Shown: positions 37,646-47,676 of the stretch, piece after piece
Numbering within the stretch: the stretch's first letter is position 1
How the letters are laid out: every line of letters begins with the position of its first letter
Source of the DNA: Protoeuglena noctilucae
Taxonomy: Eukaryota
NCBI GenBank assembly: GCA_958009085.1
Contig: OY253688.1
Span: forward strand, 372,001-436,000
Direction of reading: 5' to 3'
DNA length: 64,000 nt
Notes under the pieces: generated by a model
What the model saw: only the letters and a program-made list of their open reading frames with translations
Databases searched by the model: none
Told to the model about the DNA's origin: nothing
Position numbers and translations under genes: made by a program

Positions 37646-39187
37646 ATGGGCAAAGGCACCCGGGGAGAGGAGAACGAGCGCAAGTGGGTCTGGAGCAGGC
37701 TGAAGAACCTCGTGCGCGACGGGGAGGGGCGCCTGCCGGGCGCCAATGCCCTCTACAAGCAGGCGGAGCTGGCAGCCAAGCACGGGTTGGTCGACTCGCG
37801 CCAGGAGGCCCGGCTGATCGACCTCATCCTCCGCAAGCGGAAGAGGGCCTTCGAGAGGATGGACCCCCGCGACCGCACGCGGATCGCCAGGTTCCACAAC
37901 CGCGTGAAGGAGGGGCCTGAGGAGGAGCCTGAGACGCCAGGGGCTGCTCCTACTGCCCTCGTCCCCCTGCCGGAGGCCGTCTCCCCGAGCTCGCCCGGCT
38001 TCGAGGCGGCGAGGGAGATGGCCGTCAGGTTGGGCGTGCCCGCTCCCGGCGAGGAGGGCGGGATGGTGCAGTGGTTCCAGGGGCTGGAGGAGGCCCTGTT
38101 GAGGCAGCGGGAGCAGGCGCACCATGAGATGCGTCACGTGCTCGGCCACCTGGAGATGCGGACCGGCGAGCTCCGCAACGCGGAGGCGCATCTCGCGGCT
38201 TCCGCGGCGCGCATCCGGGAGCTGGAGGCCGCAGCCATGGCCCTCAAGGAGGCCCTGGACCACCACGCTGCCCTGGTCCAGCAGGGGGAGGCCGCGCGGC
38301 AGAGCGACCTGGCCCGGGCTGCTCAAGCGGTCGCGGAGGCCGAGGCGAGACACCAGGAGCTCGCGGGGCAGCTGCACGGTCAGCTGCACGCCCGGGACGT
38401 CGAGATCATCAACGCCGGCCTGCAGCACACGCACATCCAGGAAGAGGCCCACAAGCAGATAGTTGCCGTGACAGCCGCCCACGAGCAGGAGCGGCAGCGG
38501 CTGGTGGAGGCGATGCAGCTGCAGAAGGAGGAGCTGGAGGGCCGTCTGCGAGAGGCCGCCCTGCACCAGGCTCGCATGGGACAGCAGATCTTTGAACTGC
38601 AGAGCTCGAAAGCGGCCCTGGAGCAGGCCGCGCGCGAGCACGCGAACCTGCTGCTCATGGGGGAGCAGGCCCGGGACGAGCTCCTCCTGCAGAAGACGCA
38701 GGAGCTCGAGGCGGCCGAAAAACGCTACGAGGCGCAGCGCGCGGAGCTGCTGCGCGAGCACCGGGGGCGGCTGGAGCAGGCGCAGGGTGTCGCCAGGGAC
38801 GCCTATGGACGTGCCGCCCAGGCGGAGGCCCGGGCGCGCGAGGCCGAGCGCAGGGCAGCGGCGGCCGAGGCCCTGGTTCCTCCGGAGACGGCAAGGACCG
38901 ACGCCGCCGTGGGGCCCGACGAGGACGAGGCAGCCATGTCAGAAGCTTCAGCCGAGGACGCCCAGCCCATCCTGCCCGGCGCCGAGGACCTGGACGCCGA
39001 GGAGCTGGACGAGGTGACGGCCCTGATCGACGGGGCGCCCCCCGCCCCCGAGCCCCCGGCCGGCGGGGTGCAGACCAAGCCCCTCCCCAGCTGGGACATC
39101 CCCCAGGCGGTCATGGACGGGCGCGCGACGCAGCGGCCGCCGCTCCGCAGCTCCTACGTGGGCGGATACAGCAGCTGGTACCTGTAG
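37646..39187 (+). CDS. PLV long coiled-coil protein, ~513 aa
   Basis: A/E/Q/R/L heptad-rich ORF with strong GC3 bias; first in-frame ATG at 37646. Confidence 0.75.
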   Translation: MGKGTRGEENERKWVWSRLKNLVRDGEGRLPGANALYKQAELAAKHGLVDSRQEARLIDLILRKRKRAFERMDPRDRTRIARFHNRVKEGPEEEPETPGAAPTALVPLPEAVSPSSPGFEAAREMAVRLGVPAPGEEGGMVQWFQGLEEALLRQREQAHHEMRHVLGHLEMRTGELRNAEAHLAASAARIRELEAAAMALKEALDHHAALVQQGEAARQSDLARAAQAVAEAEARHQELAGQLHGQLHARDVEIINAGLQHTHIQEEAHKQIVAVTAAHEQERQRLVEAMQLQKEELEGRLREAALHQARMGQQIFELQSSKAALEQAAREHANLLLMGEQARDELLLQKTQELEAAEKRYEAQRAELLREHRGRLEQAQGVARDAYGRAAQAEARAREAERRAAAAEALVPPETARTDAAVGPDEDEAAMSEASAEDAQPILPGAEDLDAEELDEVTALIDGAPPAPEPPAGGVQTKPLPSWDIPQAVMDGRATQRPPLRSSYVGGYSSWYL

Positions 39188-39190
39188 GCC

Positions 39191-39877
39191 TCAAAGCAGG
39201 AGGCAGGGCTCGACGGCGATCACGAAGGTGATGTTCCTCAAGGGGACTAGCAAGTTCCCGGCCTCGTCGTTGAGCCGGATCTCGACGCCGCTACGCAGGA
39301 CCTCGGGGGGGACCGGCCCGTGCCAGTCCCGGCACGGGTTCTCCCAGCGGAGCGTCTCCCCGTCCGCGGAAGCGACGCAGGCGACGTCAGAGGGGTCTGC
39401 CCCGCCAGCTGCTGTCGTCTGCCATCCGCGGAAGAGATTGCACCGCACGATGACGGTCCTCAGCCACTGAAGGACGGGCTGGATGGTGCCGGACAGCGCC
39501 CCGCCAGCGGGGACGGCCGTGTTTGTGAAGCCCAGCTCCGGGCAGTCGACGGTCACCGCGGCGTCCGTGGGGTTCGTGGCCCGGAGGAGGTTGCTGCTCT
39601 CGATGTATTCCCACGAGAGGACCGTGTTGGCCGTGAGCCAGGCCGCGGTGTCCTCATAGGACGCGAGGGTGGTGTCAGGGAGCTGCAGCGCGTTCTGGTT
39701 GAGCGTGAGGAGGATCGGGGCCCTCGCCTGGAAGCTCACGCACGGCATCAGGACCGCCTGGATCCGGACCCGCACTGGCCGCAGGCCGGACCGAAACCCG
39801 GCCAACACCTGTGCCGTCGACCAGCTCATCACCCCAGGTGTCAGGCTGTGCTGGCTCTGCAGGACGAGCAGCTTCAT
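39191..39877 (-). CDS. Minor capsid (penton) protein, single jelly-roll type
   Basis: 228 aa, beta-rich; C-terminal VEIRLNDEAGNLL...ITFVIAVE matches the penton pattern. Confidence 0.7.
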   Translation of the reverse strand: MKLLVLQSQHSLTPGVMSWSTAQVLAGFRSGLRPVRVRIQAVLMPCVSFQARAPILLTLNQNALQLPDTTLASYEDTAAWLTANTVLSWEYIESSNLLRATNPTDAAVTVDCPELGFTNTAVPAGGALSGTIQPVLQWLRTVIVRCNLFRGWQTTAAGGADPSDVACVASADGETLRWENPCRDWHGPVPPEVLRSGVEIRLNDEAGNLLVPLRNITFVIAVEPCLLL

Positions 39878-40074
39878 CCTTGCCCTCCGTCACATAAGTT
39901 CTGCCTAGGTCCTCCGCGAACCACTGGTGCGCGAGGAGCCGGCCCAGGTGGCCGTCCACGCCGGCCACCTCCTTCTGCAGGAGCAGACTCAGGCGCTCCA
40001 CGTCCGCGTCCGTGTAGGTGGTAGCAGTGTAGGTGCTCATGCCCCTGCCGTTGAAAAAGATACTCTGCATCCAT

Positions 40075-41001
40075 ATGCAGACCCGGGAGATCGATGTCCC
40101 TAGAGTCTCGCGCATCCGGGGGGACGTCGACCACGTGCGCCTGGCTCCGGCTGGCCTCCCACCTGTGGGCAAGGACAATCAGCACCTCTTTGGGTACGTC
40201 GTGGGGGGCATCGGCAGGGGGAAGACGACCATGTTGCTCAACCTGCTTCGGCTGTACCTGGAGGAGGGGGCGTGGGACCGACTCTTCTGGTGCAGCCCCA
40301 CCTCTGGCAGGGACGCCAAGGTCCACAACGCGCTGGACCCGTTCCGGAAACGAGGGACCCAGATCGAGTACCTCGAGCACTTCGACATCGGGCGGGTCGA
40401 GGCCGTCATAGAGCACGACCTGGCCAGGCACGAGCTCTCTCAGGCGTACGCCCCCACGTGGCAGCGGTTCAAGCGCCTGCCGGTGGCCGACGACGGGCAG
40501 CCCGAGCTGCATCACCTCACGCCCCAGGAGCTCGAGCTACTCGAGTTCTTCGAGTGGGCCCCGCCTCCCAAGTACCCCAGGGGCAAACCCACGGCTTGCC
40601 TGGTCATCGACGACCATCTGGGGGACAATTCGGTCTTCAGCCGCTTCATGAGCGGGCCGCTGAACCGATTCGTCATCCTGTGCCGGCACAGGCGCTGCTC
40701 GGTCTTCATCAGCAGCCAGAGCTGGACCCAGACGCTCCCCCTCAGCCTGCGCTCCATGGTCAACACCTTCGCGCTGTATCGCTGCAGCAACAAGAAGGTC
40801 CGTCAGGACATCGCAGCCAGCCTGTGCGACGACGACATCACGCCGGAGCAGTTCATGCAGATGTGGAGCCAGGCCACGGCCGGGGCACATGACGCCTTCG
40901 TGGGGTTCAAGCTCCTCCCCCTGGAGGAACGGTACAGGCGCAACCTGGACGAGGTCTTTGTCCTCACCGGTAGCCATTCCACACCTCCGGGCAAACCATG
41001 A
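40075..41001 (+). CDS. A32-like (FtsK/HerA) genome-packaging ATPase
   Basis: Walker A GGIGRGKTT, Walker B LVIDD, CRH...FISSQ, LPLSLR; start at 40039 or 40075. Confidence 0.92.
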   Translation: MQTREIDVPRVSRIRGDVDHVRLAPAGLPPVGKDNQHLFGYVVGGIGRGKTTMLLNLLRLYLEEGAWDRLFWCSPTSGRDAKVHNALDPFRKRGTQIEYLEHFDIGRVEAVIEHDLARHELSQAYAPTWQRFKRLPVADDGQPELHHLTPQELELLEFFEWAPPPKYPRGKPTACLVIDDHLGDNSVFSRFMSGPLNRFVILCRHRRCSVFISSQSWTQTLPLSLRSMVNTFALYRCSNKKVRQDIAASLCDDDITPEQFMQMWSQATAGAHDAFVGFKLLPLEERYRRNLDEVFVLTGSHSTPPGKP

Positions 41002-44000
41002 CGGCGCATATCCTCATCTCGTCCAGCTGATATGACCCGTTGTTGTTCCACAGCGTGATGGCCCCGTACGCGTCGGAGGTGTACTGCGTGGTCACTTTCG
41101 TGTTGCTAGGCCAGCTCCACGTCCCTGTCGCGATGAAGACGGACGTTAGCACCTGAGTGAAGGACGCGGGGGTAGTGTTGCTCTCGATCTGGTCCGTCAC
41201 AAAGTACAGGTTCCGGTTAACAACGTTGTCAATGAACATGTACTGCCCAAAGAAGCGGAGGGTGGCCTCCGCGTAGTACTGCATGCACTCGGCATCCCCG
41301 CTCTTCATGCCATACCCGTAGAGCTTCCACATGCCCGCGCCGTCGAGTCCGAGCAGGTCCGAGCTGTTGAACTGCACGAAGTTCCCGCCCGCGGGGATGC
41401 CCAGGTTGTACCACTTGAACTGCAGCGGCCCGTGCTGCACGTGGGCCAAACTGTCGACGTAGAGCTGCTCTTGCACACCCAGCGACCCCGCAATCGAGAC
41501 CGAGGGGGACGAGCCGGCACCGGCGGGGTTGCGGACAGTGAGGACGGCCGCGGTCGCCCCGGAGCTGTCCTTGAACCCGAGGTTGATGGCGCTGGGCGTG
41601 TAGACCGTCGACGCATAGAGGTTCAGCTGTCCACCCGACGCCTGGTCAAGCCCATACGCATCCCCCGCGCCGTATACCTTGGCGAGCATCGCGGGGTTGT
41701 TGGCGTCGAACGTCACGGCCCCGGACGTCGAGAGGCTCTGGCATGTTATGCTTCCGTTGGCGATGAACGAGGTGGCCGTGACCGTGCCTGTCACAGTGCC
41801 CCCGGACAGGGGCAGGAAGGTGCCGGTGCGCAGGTTGTCGAGCTGCTGCTGAGCGTCGCTGGTCAGGTTCTGACAGTACGTGATGTAGGTGGGCAACGAG
41901 ACCAGGTCCGACCACGGCAGGCTCCCGGAGATGCCGTTGAGGACGTTCAGGCTCCCGGAGACCACGACCGAGTTGGCGTAGACACCAAGTGCCTCGGTCC
42001 CGTTGGATTGGAAGCTGGCGACCTGCGCCCCCGCCGTGCTATTGTTCACGGTGAACGCCCGGGTCGAGGAGGCACACGATACACCCGAGGCCGTGTCGCT
42101 CCGCACGAACTGGGCAGAGGTCAGCCCGTTGAGCTCCGAGGCATTGCCGCTGGACTGCTGCACCACGGTGCTCGTGCTGCTGTAGTTGTTGACGATGTAT
42201 TGCGTCGAGAAGTCGGGGTACCACGCGTCATCGATGTAATTGTACTGGACCGTCGTGAGTTGCCCCTGCGGCGTGGGGATGACGCGCGTGTAGGTGCCAG
42301 AGTTGTTCGTCTCGGTGAGCACGTAGTTGAGGCCGCCCTGCAGGAACAGCGTCTTCTCGAGGTACTGCCCCGTGCTCGGGGTGGGGAGCGGGAGCGTGGC
42401 GGTCATCTGGACGTCGTTGAAGGCGTACACCATCAGGAAGGGCTGCTGGTAGCCGGCCGTGTAGATAGTCGGGCTTGTGGCGATGGGGTAGGTGCCCGTG
42501 CCGGTCCCGTCGTTCAGGTAGCACGGGGTGCTCTGGCTGCGGATGTACCCGGCGAAGTACATGGCGCCGTTGAAGTACGTGTAGCGGTATGCGGTGGCAA
42601 ACTGGCTTGTGCTCGGCGAGACGGGGCTGAAGGCGTATTTCCAGGTGTCGTTGGACGTGTCAAGCACGAAGATGATGAGCCCGCCCGAGGCCGGGAGGGC
42701 CGGCCGGCCGACCTGGCTGGTCGCGTCCGTGCCGACGTCGTACATTGGCGATGCGGCCGACGCCGTGCCGACGAGGCTCAGCGGCGCATAGATGAGGCCG
42801 TTCTTCCAGTCGTAGCGCAGGCTCTGGGTGCGGACCGGCGCCTGCCAGCCGGTGGCGTCGCAGAAATTGACGCACTTCTGCAGGGCCAGGCTGCTGTTCC
42901 AGACCAGCCAGAAGCCGCGGTAGCTGCTCGACGCGAAGTTGTCGGTGGACCCGAGCATGGTGGACAGGCTGTTCGCGGTCACGCCGTGCACGTTCCCCGA
43001 ACCGTCGACCGTGATGCTGAACCAGAAGTTCTGGCCGATGTTGGTGCTCCAGGAGGCCACGGGTTGCAGGGAGCTGTTGTACTTGACGACGAAGGCGTTC
43101 ACGGTGCCGGTCGTGACGGACATGGAAGAGTAGTTGCTGTTGCCCGAGGCTGTCAGAGCCCTGAGCGCCGGGGACCCGGTGCTGGCCGAGGAGAACTGCC
43201 CGCACACGTACATGCAGTTGTTGGTCTGATCGATCGCGAAGCCGTTGGCGTAGACGGAGTCTGTGGTGGCAGTCGCGGCCACTGGATTGCCGATCCAGGC
43301 CAGGGCGTAGGTCGCGGCATCGATGCCCACCATGCACATGCCGTATCCCTGCGAGTTGACGAAGTCCCAGGGGTTGCTCTGCTGAACGTAGTCGAGGTAG
43401 TCCGGCGAGATGCCGCTGTTTTGTATGTCCAGCTGAAACACGACCGTGTTGTTCCACAGCTGCACATCCATCACGCTCTGGTACACATCGCTGCTCTGGT
43501 TGAAGCCAAGGAACGGGCTCCCGTAGACGATGTTGCCGGAGGGGTCCGTCACCACGATGGGGAGCTGGTATGCTACCGTTGTGCCAGAAAGGAAGCCCGC
43601 GGTATGCACCGTCCCGTCCTTGTTGAGCAGGTCCATGGACGTGGGGGCCGATTGGAGGTAGAAGATCCACAGGGTGTTGCCGTTGGGCAGGGCGCAGCAC
43701 CCCTTGCCCTCCAGGGCCCTTCCAGAGCCCGGGTCGGGCAGCGGCGCGAACGCCCACTGCACCTTCCCGGCCGCGTCGTACCGCACGCAGTAGACGGTCC
43801 CGCTGGACGTGGTCTGTGTGATGGGGATGGCTGTGGGGGTGCCGTCCAGGTTCTGGATGTAGGCGGTGTCGGTGTTGGTCTCCATGCGCGCGGGAAGGAA
43901 AGCGGATATGCCATTGGCATCCGGGGCGATGTCGGTCGCTATGCCATTGTCCCACTGCCCGGATTGAGCGGGAGGGGTGACGGCTATGCCGGCCAGCTGC

Positions 44001-46306
44001 ACGGCCATGCCCGTGGGCGGTGTGATGCCCGGGGCGAAGTAGCTGTCCTTGACGAGGCTGAGGGTGGCTCCGTTGGTCGTGACGGTCTCCACGTCCAGCT
44101 TGCTCACGCCCATGCCGGCCGAGGACGCCCCGAGCTGCGAGAGCTGGTCGTTGATGGAGGCGAGGTCAGACACCAGTCCTATGACGTTGCTCTCTGCCAT
44201 TGTGCCGTCAAAGCCTGCCACCGCGGCCGGGATGTCGGGCAGGTTGCTCCAAGTAAAGGCGCTGGTCTCAAGCTTGCTGGCCAGGTCCGAGACGAGGCCC
44301 GTGACGTTGCTCTCTGCCACCTGGCCGTCGAAGCCTGCCACGGCCGCCGGGATGCCTGCCAAATTGCTCCAAGTAAAGGCGCTGGTCTCAAGCTTGCTGG
44401 CCAGGTCCGAGACGAGGCCCGTGACGTTGCTCTCTGCCACCTGGCCGTCCCACACCGTCGGGACGTCCTTCAGGTTGCTCCATGCCAGGCCCGTGCCATC
44501 GATCACGTAAGCCAGCTGCGGGTTCAGGGGGTCGCTCGTGAACATATACAGCCTCTCCGTCGCGATGCCCCCGAGGCTCGGCTCCTGCACGACCTGGTAC
44601 ACGTTGGAGCCAGTCTGGGGGTCGGTGCTGGTGTGGATGCCGAGCCCCGCGGCCATCATCGCGCCCGCCAGACCCCCGACGGCCGCGGACCCGATGTCCG
44701 TGAACTGCGTGCCGAAGAGCGTGCCCATGTCCCCGCCCAGGTTGGCGAGGCTGTCGGCCACGCCCGAGCCCGTGGTCGACGGGGTCGACGTCTTGAGGTC
44801 GTCGAGCTGAGCCTGCGTGACGAGCTTGGTCGCGGGGTCCACGCTCACGTAGTACGCCTCCTGGCACACGATGGGCTGGGCAGAGAACACGGTCTCGGCG
44901 GGGGTGAAGGTCACACACGAGGAGTCGACGGTCTTCAGGACCAGCGTGGCCTCCGCCGTGGAGACGGTGGGCCCCGCCATGGAGAGCCCCGTGGCGTCGG
45001 CCGTGAGGACCGTCACCCCGTTGGCCGTCACCCTCAAGTCGTTGGTGCACTCGATGCTCCCCGCAACGGCCGTGCAGGAGAGCTTCATCGTGTTGACCCC
45101 GTCGGAGCAGGCGAGGCTCAGGACGGGGTCCACGCCCGCGTAGGGGGTCTTGAGCGTCAGCGTCTCTGACACCGACACCCCCCCGGTCGCGTCGACGATC
45201 ACGGTGTCGATGTCCCCGGGCGTGGCCCTTATGCCGAGCGTGGGGACGACGTGGACCGTGCCTGAGGCCTCGAGGACGAGATGGGGGGAGGTGGTGTTGA
45301 GGCTGCACTGGGTCGTGTCGTGGTAGAGCTGGCTGTACTCGCTCAGGGTGTCCGCGGTGCTGAAGGTGGTGGACATCGTCAGGGGCGTGGAAAAGAGGCG
45401 CATGTCGCCCGGGAAGGTGCGCACGGACAGCTTGACGTTGCCCGTGTCGTCCGTGGCAGTGAGGGCGTCCGGGACGCCCGCGAAGGTCTGCGGCCGGCTC
45501 CAGGTGAAGAGCCCGTCGGCCGTGCCCGTCTGGTAGCCGTTGAGGATGGCGAGGAGGCTCGTGGGGTCCTTGGTGAACTTGATAAACACTTCGCCGAGCG
45601 CGGCGATCTTGGCCGCTTCTGCCTTCTTGGCCTTGCTGTTGTTGATGATCTTCTGCAGCTCGGAGTAGAGATAATTCGCAGCGCGGACCGATTCGATGCC
45701 CGCGATGAGCTCCCCGTCGGAAAAGTTCTGCGCGAGCTGGTCAGTGCCAGGGATGATGCTCCAGATGGGACCGAGGGCCGAAGAAGCGATCTCCGCGTTG
45801 AAATCAGCCACCAATTGATCGTGATAACTGACGAGATTCACGTCCGGGTTCACCAATTGCGAGAGGTCAGGGAATGTGAACTGCAGGTTTGCAGCCTGCG
45901 CCGTCCCGACGTTGGTGACGGACACCGGCGTGGCCGCGTTGCCCCACGTGGTCTGCTGGGACACGGTGATGCTCGCGGCCGAGCCGGTGGGCCCCGCGGG
46001 GATGCCGAATTCCAACACGGCCGCGTTGGGGGTGCCCGCGTTGCTCACGGTGGCCTGGGCCGTCGCCGGGAGCGTGCTGACGTTTCCTATCGCTATGGTA
46101 GCCGCGGGGCCCTGGGTGATAGCGCCGTTGCTGCTCCCGACGCTGGCCATGGCCGACTCCAGGGCAGTGACCCTCCTGGCCATGGCGCCGTGGTCCGACA
46201 CCAGCTGCCTGTTGGAGGCCGCATAGAGGAAGTAGTCCCCGTTGCTGGCGCCGGCGTCTGATACCGTCAGCTGCCTGTAGTAGACGCCGTCCCAACCAGC
46301 ACCCAT
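40964..46306 (-). CDS. Large fibre/receptor-binding-like virion protein, 1780 aa
   Basis: Rich in T/S/G/N; phage-fibre-like motifs (GPAATIAIGNVST...LEFGIPAG, LNGLTSAQFVRSD, FLPLSGGTVTG); 40-aa repeats; central beta-propeller-like region. Confidence 0.75.
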   Translation of the reverse strand: MGAGWDGVYYRQLTVSDAGASNGDYFLYAASNRQLVSDHGAMARRVTALESAMASVGSSNGAITQGPAATIAIGNVSTLPATAQATVSNAGTPNAAVLEFGIPAGPTGSAASITVSQQTTWGNAATPVSVTNVGTAQAANLQFTFPDLSQLVNPDVNLVSYHDQLVADFNAEIASSALGPIWSIIPGTDQLAQNFSDGELIAGIESVRAANYLYSELQKIINNSKAKKAEAAKIAALGEVFIKFTKDPTSLLAILNGYQTGTADGLFTWSRPQTFAGVPDALTATDDTGNVKLSVRTFPGDMRLFSTPLTMSTTFSTADTLSEYSQLYHDTTQCSLNTTSPHLVLEASGTVHVVPTLGIRATPGDIDTVIVDATGGVSVSETLTLKTPYAGVDPVLSLACSDGVNTMKLSCTAVAGSIECTNDLRVTANGVTVLTADATGLSMAGPTVSTAEATLVLKTVDSSCVTFTPAETVFSAQPIVCQEAYYVSVDPATKLVTQAQLDDLKTSTPSTTGSGVADSLANLGGDMGTLFGTQFTDIGSAAVGGLAGAMMAAGLGIHTSTDPQTGSNVYQVVQEPSLGGIATERLYMFTSDPLNPQLAYVIDGTGLAWSNLKDVPTVWDGQVAESNVTGLVSDLASKLETSAFTWSNLAGIPAAVAGFDGQVAESNVTGLVSDLASKLETSAFTWSNLPDIPAAVAGFDGTMAESNVIGLVSDLASINDQLSQLGASSAGMGVSKLDVETVTTNGATLSLVKDSYFAPGITPPTGMAVQLAGIAVTPPAQSGQWDNGIATDIAPDANGISAFLPARMETNTDTAYIQNLDGTPTAIPITQTTSSGTVYCVRYDAAGKVQWAFAPLPDPGSGRALEGKGCCALPNGNTLWIFYLQSAPTSMDLLNKDGTVHTAGFLSGTTVAYQLPIVVTDPSGNIVYGSPFLGFNQSSDVYQSVMDVQLWNNTVVFQLDIQNSGISPDYLDYVQQSNPWDFVNSQGYGMCMVGIDAATYALAWIGNPVAATATTDSVYANGFAIDQTNNCMYVCGQFSSASTGSPALRALTASGNSNYSSMSVTTGTVNAFVVKYNSSLQPVASWSTNIGQNFWFSITVDGSGNVHGVTANSLSTMLGSTDNFASSSYRGFWLVWNSSLALQKCVNFCDATGWQAPVRTQSLRYDWKNGLIYAPLSLVGTASAASPMYDVGTDATSQVGRPALPASGGLIIFVLDTSNDTWKYAFSPVSPSTSQFATAYRYTYFNGAMYFAGYIRSQSTPCYLNDGTGTGTYPIATSPTIYTAGYQQPFLMVYAFNDVQMTATLPLPTPSTGQYLEKTLFLQGGLNYVLTETNNSGTYTRVIPTPQGQLTTVQYNYIDDAWYPDFSTQYIVNNYSSTSTVVQQSSGNASELNGLTSAQFVRSDTASGVSCASSTRAFTVNNSTAGAQVASFQSNGTEALGVYANSVVVSGSLNVLNGISGSLPWSDLVSLPTYITYCQNLTSDAQQQLDNLRTGTFLPLSGGTVTGTVTATSFIANGSITCQSLSTSGAVTFDANNPAMLAKVYGAGDAYGLDQASGGQLNLYASTVYTPSAINLGFKDSSGATAAVLTVRNPAGAGSSPSVSIAGSLGVQEQLYVDSLAHVQHGPLQFKWYNLGIPAGGNFVQFNSSDLLGLDGAGMWKLYGYGMKSGDAECMQYYAEATLRFFGQYMFIDNVVNRNLYFVTDQIESNTTPASFTQVLTSVFIATGTWSWPSNTKVTTQYTSDAYGAITLWNNNGSYQLDEMRICAVMVCPEVWNGYR
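44160..44480 (-). repeat. 120-bp (40-aa) tandem repeat in the fibre gene, ~2.5 copies
   Basis: TTGCTCCAAGTAAAGGCGCTGGTCTCAAGCTTGCTGG... occurs at 44244 and 44364. Confidence 0.9.
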
Positions 46307-46325
46307 TTAATCTGCTCCCTTAAAA

Positions 46326-46724
46326 ATGAGCGTCGCCGAGGGCCCGGTGCAGCTCTATCAGTACGCGGCGCAGGTGCTGAGCGGCCAGAGCAGCTGCATC
46401 CTCACGTGGGACCCGATCTCGGCCCACGAGGGGCGCGCTAGCACCCTGCAAGTGATCGTCGAGTCCATCACCGGGGACAGCCGCGCGACCGACCTGCTGA
46501 TCAGCGACGAGCTCCTCCCCCTGGTGTCCACGGACTCGCGGACGGGCGGGGGCCGGCGCATCATCTGCGGGGGGCAGGTGACCAGGCCCACGTACCCCTT
46601 CAGCTGCCGGTACAGCGGCGCGCCCACGCTGACCCTGCGCTTCGTCGACGTCGACGAGAACCCCGTGGCACGGACGTCGGACACGACCATCCTGCTCACG
46701 GTGGTCGAGATCTTCAGCACCTGA
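46326..46724 (+). CDS. Small beta-rich PLV protein, possibly a second penton-like protein
   Basis: 132 aa; C-terminal LTLRFVDVDENPV...TILLTVVE. Confidence 0.6.
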   Translation: MSVAEGPVQLYQYAAQVLSGQSSCILTWDPISAHEGRASTLQVIVESITGDSRATDLLISDELLPLVSTDSRTGGGRRIICGGQVTRPTYPFSCRYSGAPTLTLRFVDVDENPVARTSDTTILLTVVEIFST

Positions 46725-46728
46725 GGCC

Positions 46729-47073
46729 TCAGTGGCAGCGCAGGATGGTCAGGTGCTCGCGGGTGTGCGTCAGGGCCATGTACAGGTCGAGCTGGCTCTC
46801 GTCCGTGAAGGGGTACGCCGGGAAATCGTGGGGGTCGAGTTGGGAGTCCTTCACGAGGTTCCACGGGTAGCGCCTGGACGTCACGGCGATGTGGAAGGCG
46901 AGGGCGGCCCACTGGGACTCCCAGTCCCCCATGAGGCGCGCCATGGCCTCGTAGTCCCGAGCCGTGTCCGCGCGCTCGATGGCGGCGAGCTTGCGCTCGA
47001 GGAAGATGCGGGAGTTGTAGAAGTAGGCAGGCAGGCCCATCTGGGCCGCCAGGGCGCGGAAGTCGGTCGTCAT
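46729..47073 (-). CDS. PLV hypothetical protein
   Basis: ATG ORF (MTTDFRALAAQ...) with GC3 bias, convergent with the 46326 gene. Confidence 0.65.
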   Translation of the reverse strand: MTTDFRALAAQMGLPAYFYNSRIFLERKLAAIERADTARDYEAMARLMGDWESQWAALAFHIAVTSRRYPWNLVKDSQLDPHDFPAYPFTDESQLDLYMALTHTREHLTILRCH

Positions 47074-47183
47074 GGTCTGGGATGGATCTCCGGTCCTCAA
47101 AGCCTCGCGGTTACTGATACCCCTTCTTTCCCCTTACGGGCACGATCAGACCGCAGGAAAAAATGTAGCGACATGCAGGAAGC

Positions 47184-47660
47184 ATGACTCAGGAGGACGA
47201 GTCTGGACAGACAGCGCCGGAGGAGGATTCTCTACAGCCCTCTGAGGAGCAGGTGCGGGCCTTGAAGGAGCGCACGGCCAAGGCGAGGGCTGCGCTTGCT
47301 GCTGCCCGCGAGAGCGGCAAGGGCAAGGCCGGGCTCAAGGCGTCGACGCTCGCGACCAGGAGGGACATCGAGGAGAAGCAGGCGCAGCTGACCATGAAGG
47401 AGCTAGAGGTCATGCGGGGAGAACTGACTGCACGCCAGGCTGAGCTGGACGCTCAGGAAGCCGAGATCGCCACGCGCCTCCAACGGGCGCGGGAGAAGAT
47501 TGAGGCCCTGAGAGCGCGGAAATGCACTGTGGTCAAAGAGACCCCAGCCTGGGAAGCAGCGGACCCCCACATGAAGGCCCATGTCCAGCATGCCATGCAC
47601 GAGGCCGCCCGCAAGGCCTCGCCTGAGATGATGGTGCGCGCGATGTACGGTGACTGGTGA
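47184..47660 (+). CDS. PLV small coiled-coil protein
   Basis: 158-aa ORF rich in E/A/K/R; upstream AAAAAAT tract. Confidence 0.65.
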   Translation: MTQEDESGQTAPEEDSLQPSEEQVRALKERTAKARAALAAARESGKGKAGLKASTLATRRDIEEKQAQLTMKELEVMRGELTARQAELDAQEAEIATRLQRAREKIEALRARKCTVVKETPAWEAADPHMKAHVQHAMHEAARKASPEMMVRAMYGDW

Positions 47661-47676
47661 TGGATAGGCCCCGGGC

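Noticed and set aside
41432..45169. 1245-aa plus-strand ORF
   Set aside because: Antisense shadow of the fibre gene caused by GC3 bias; rich in R/G/V/A with no motifs.
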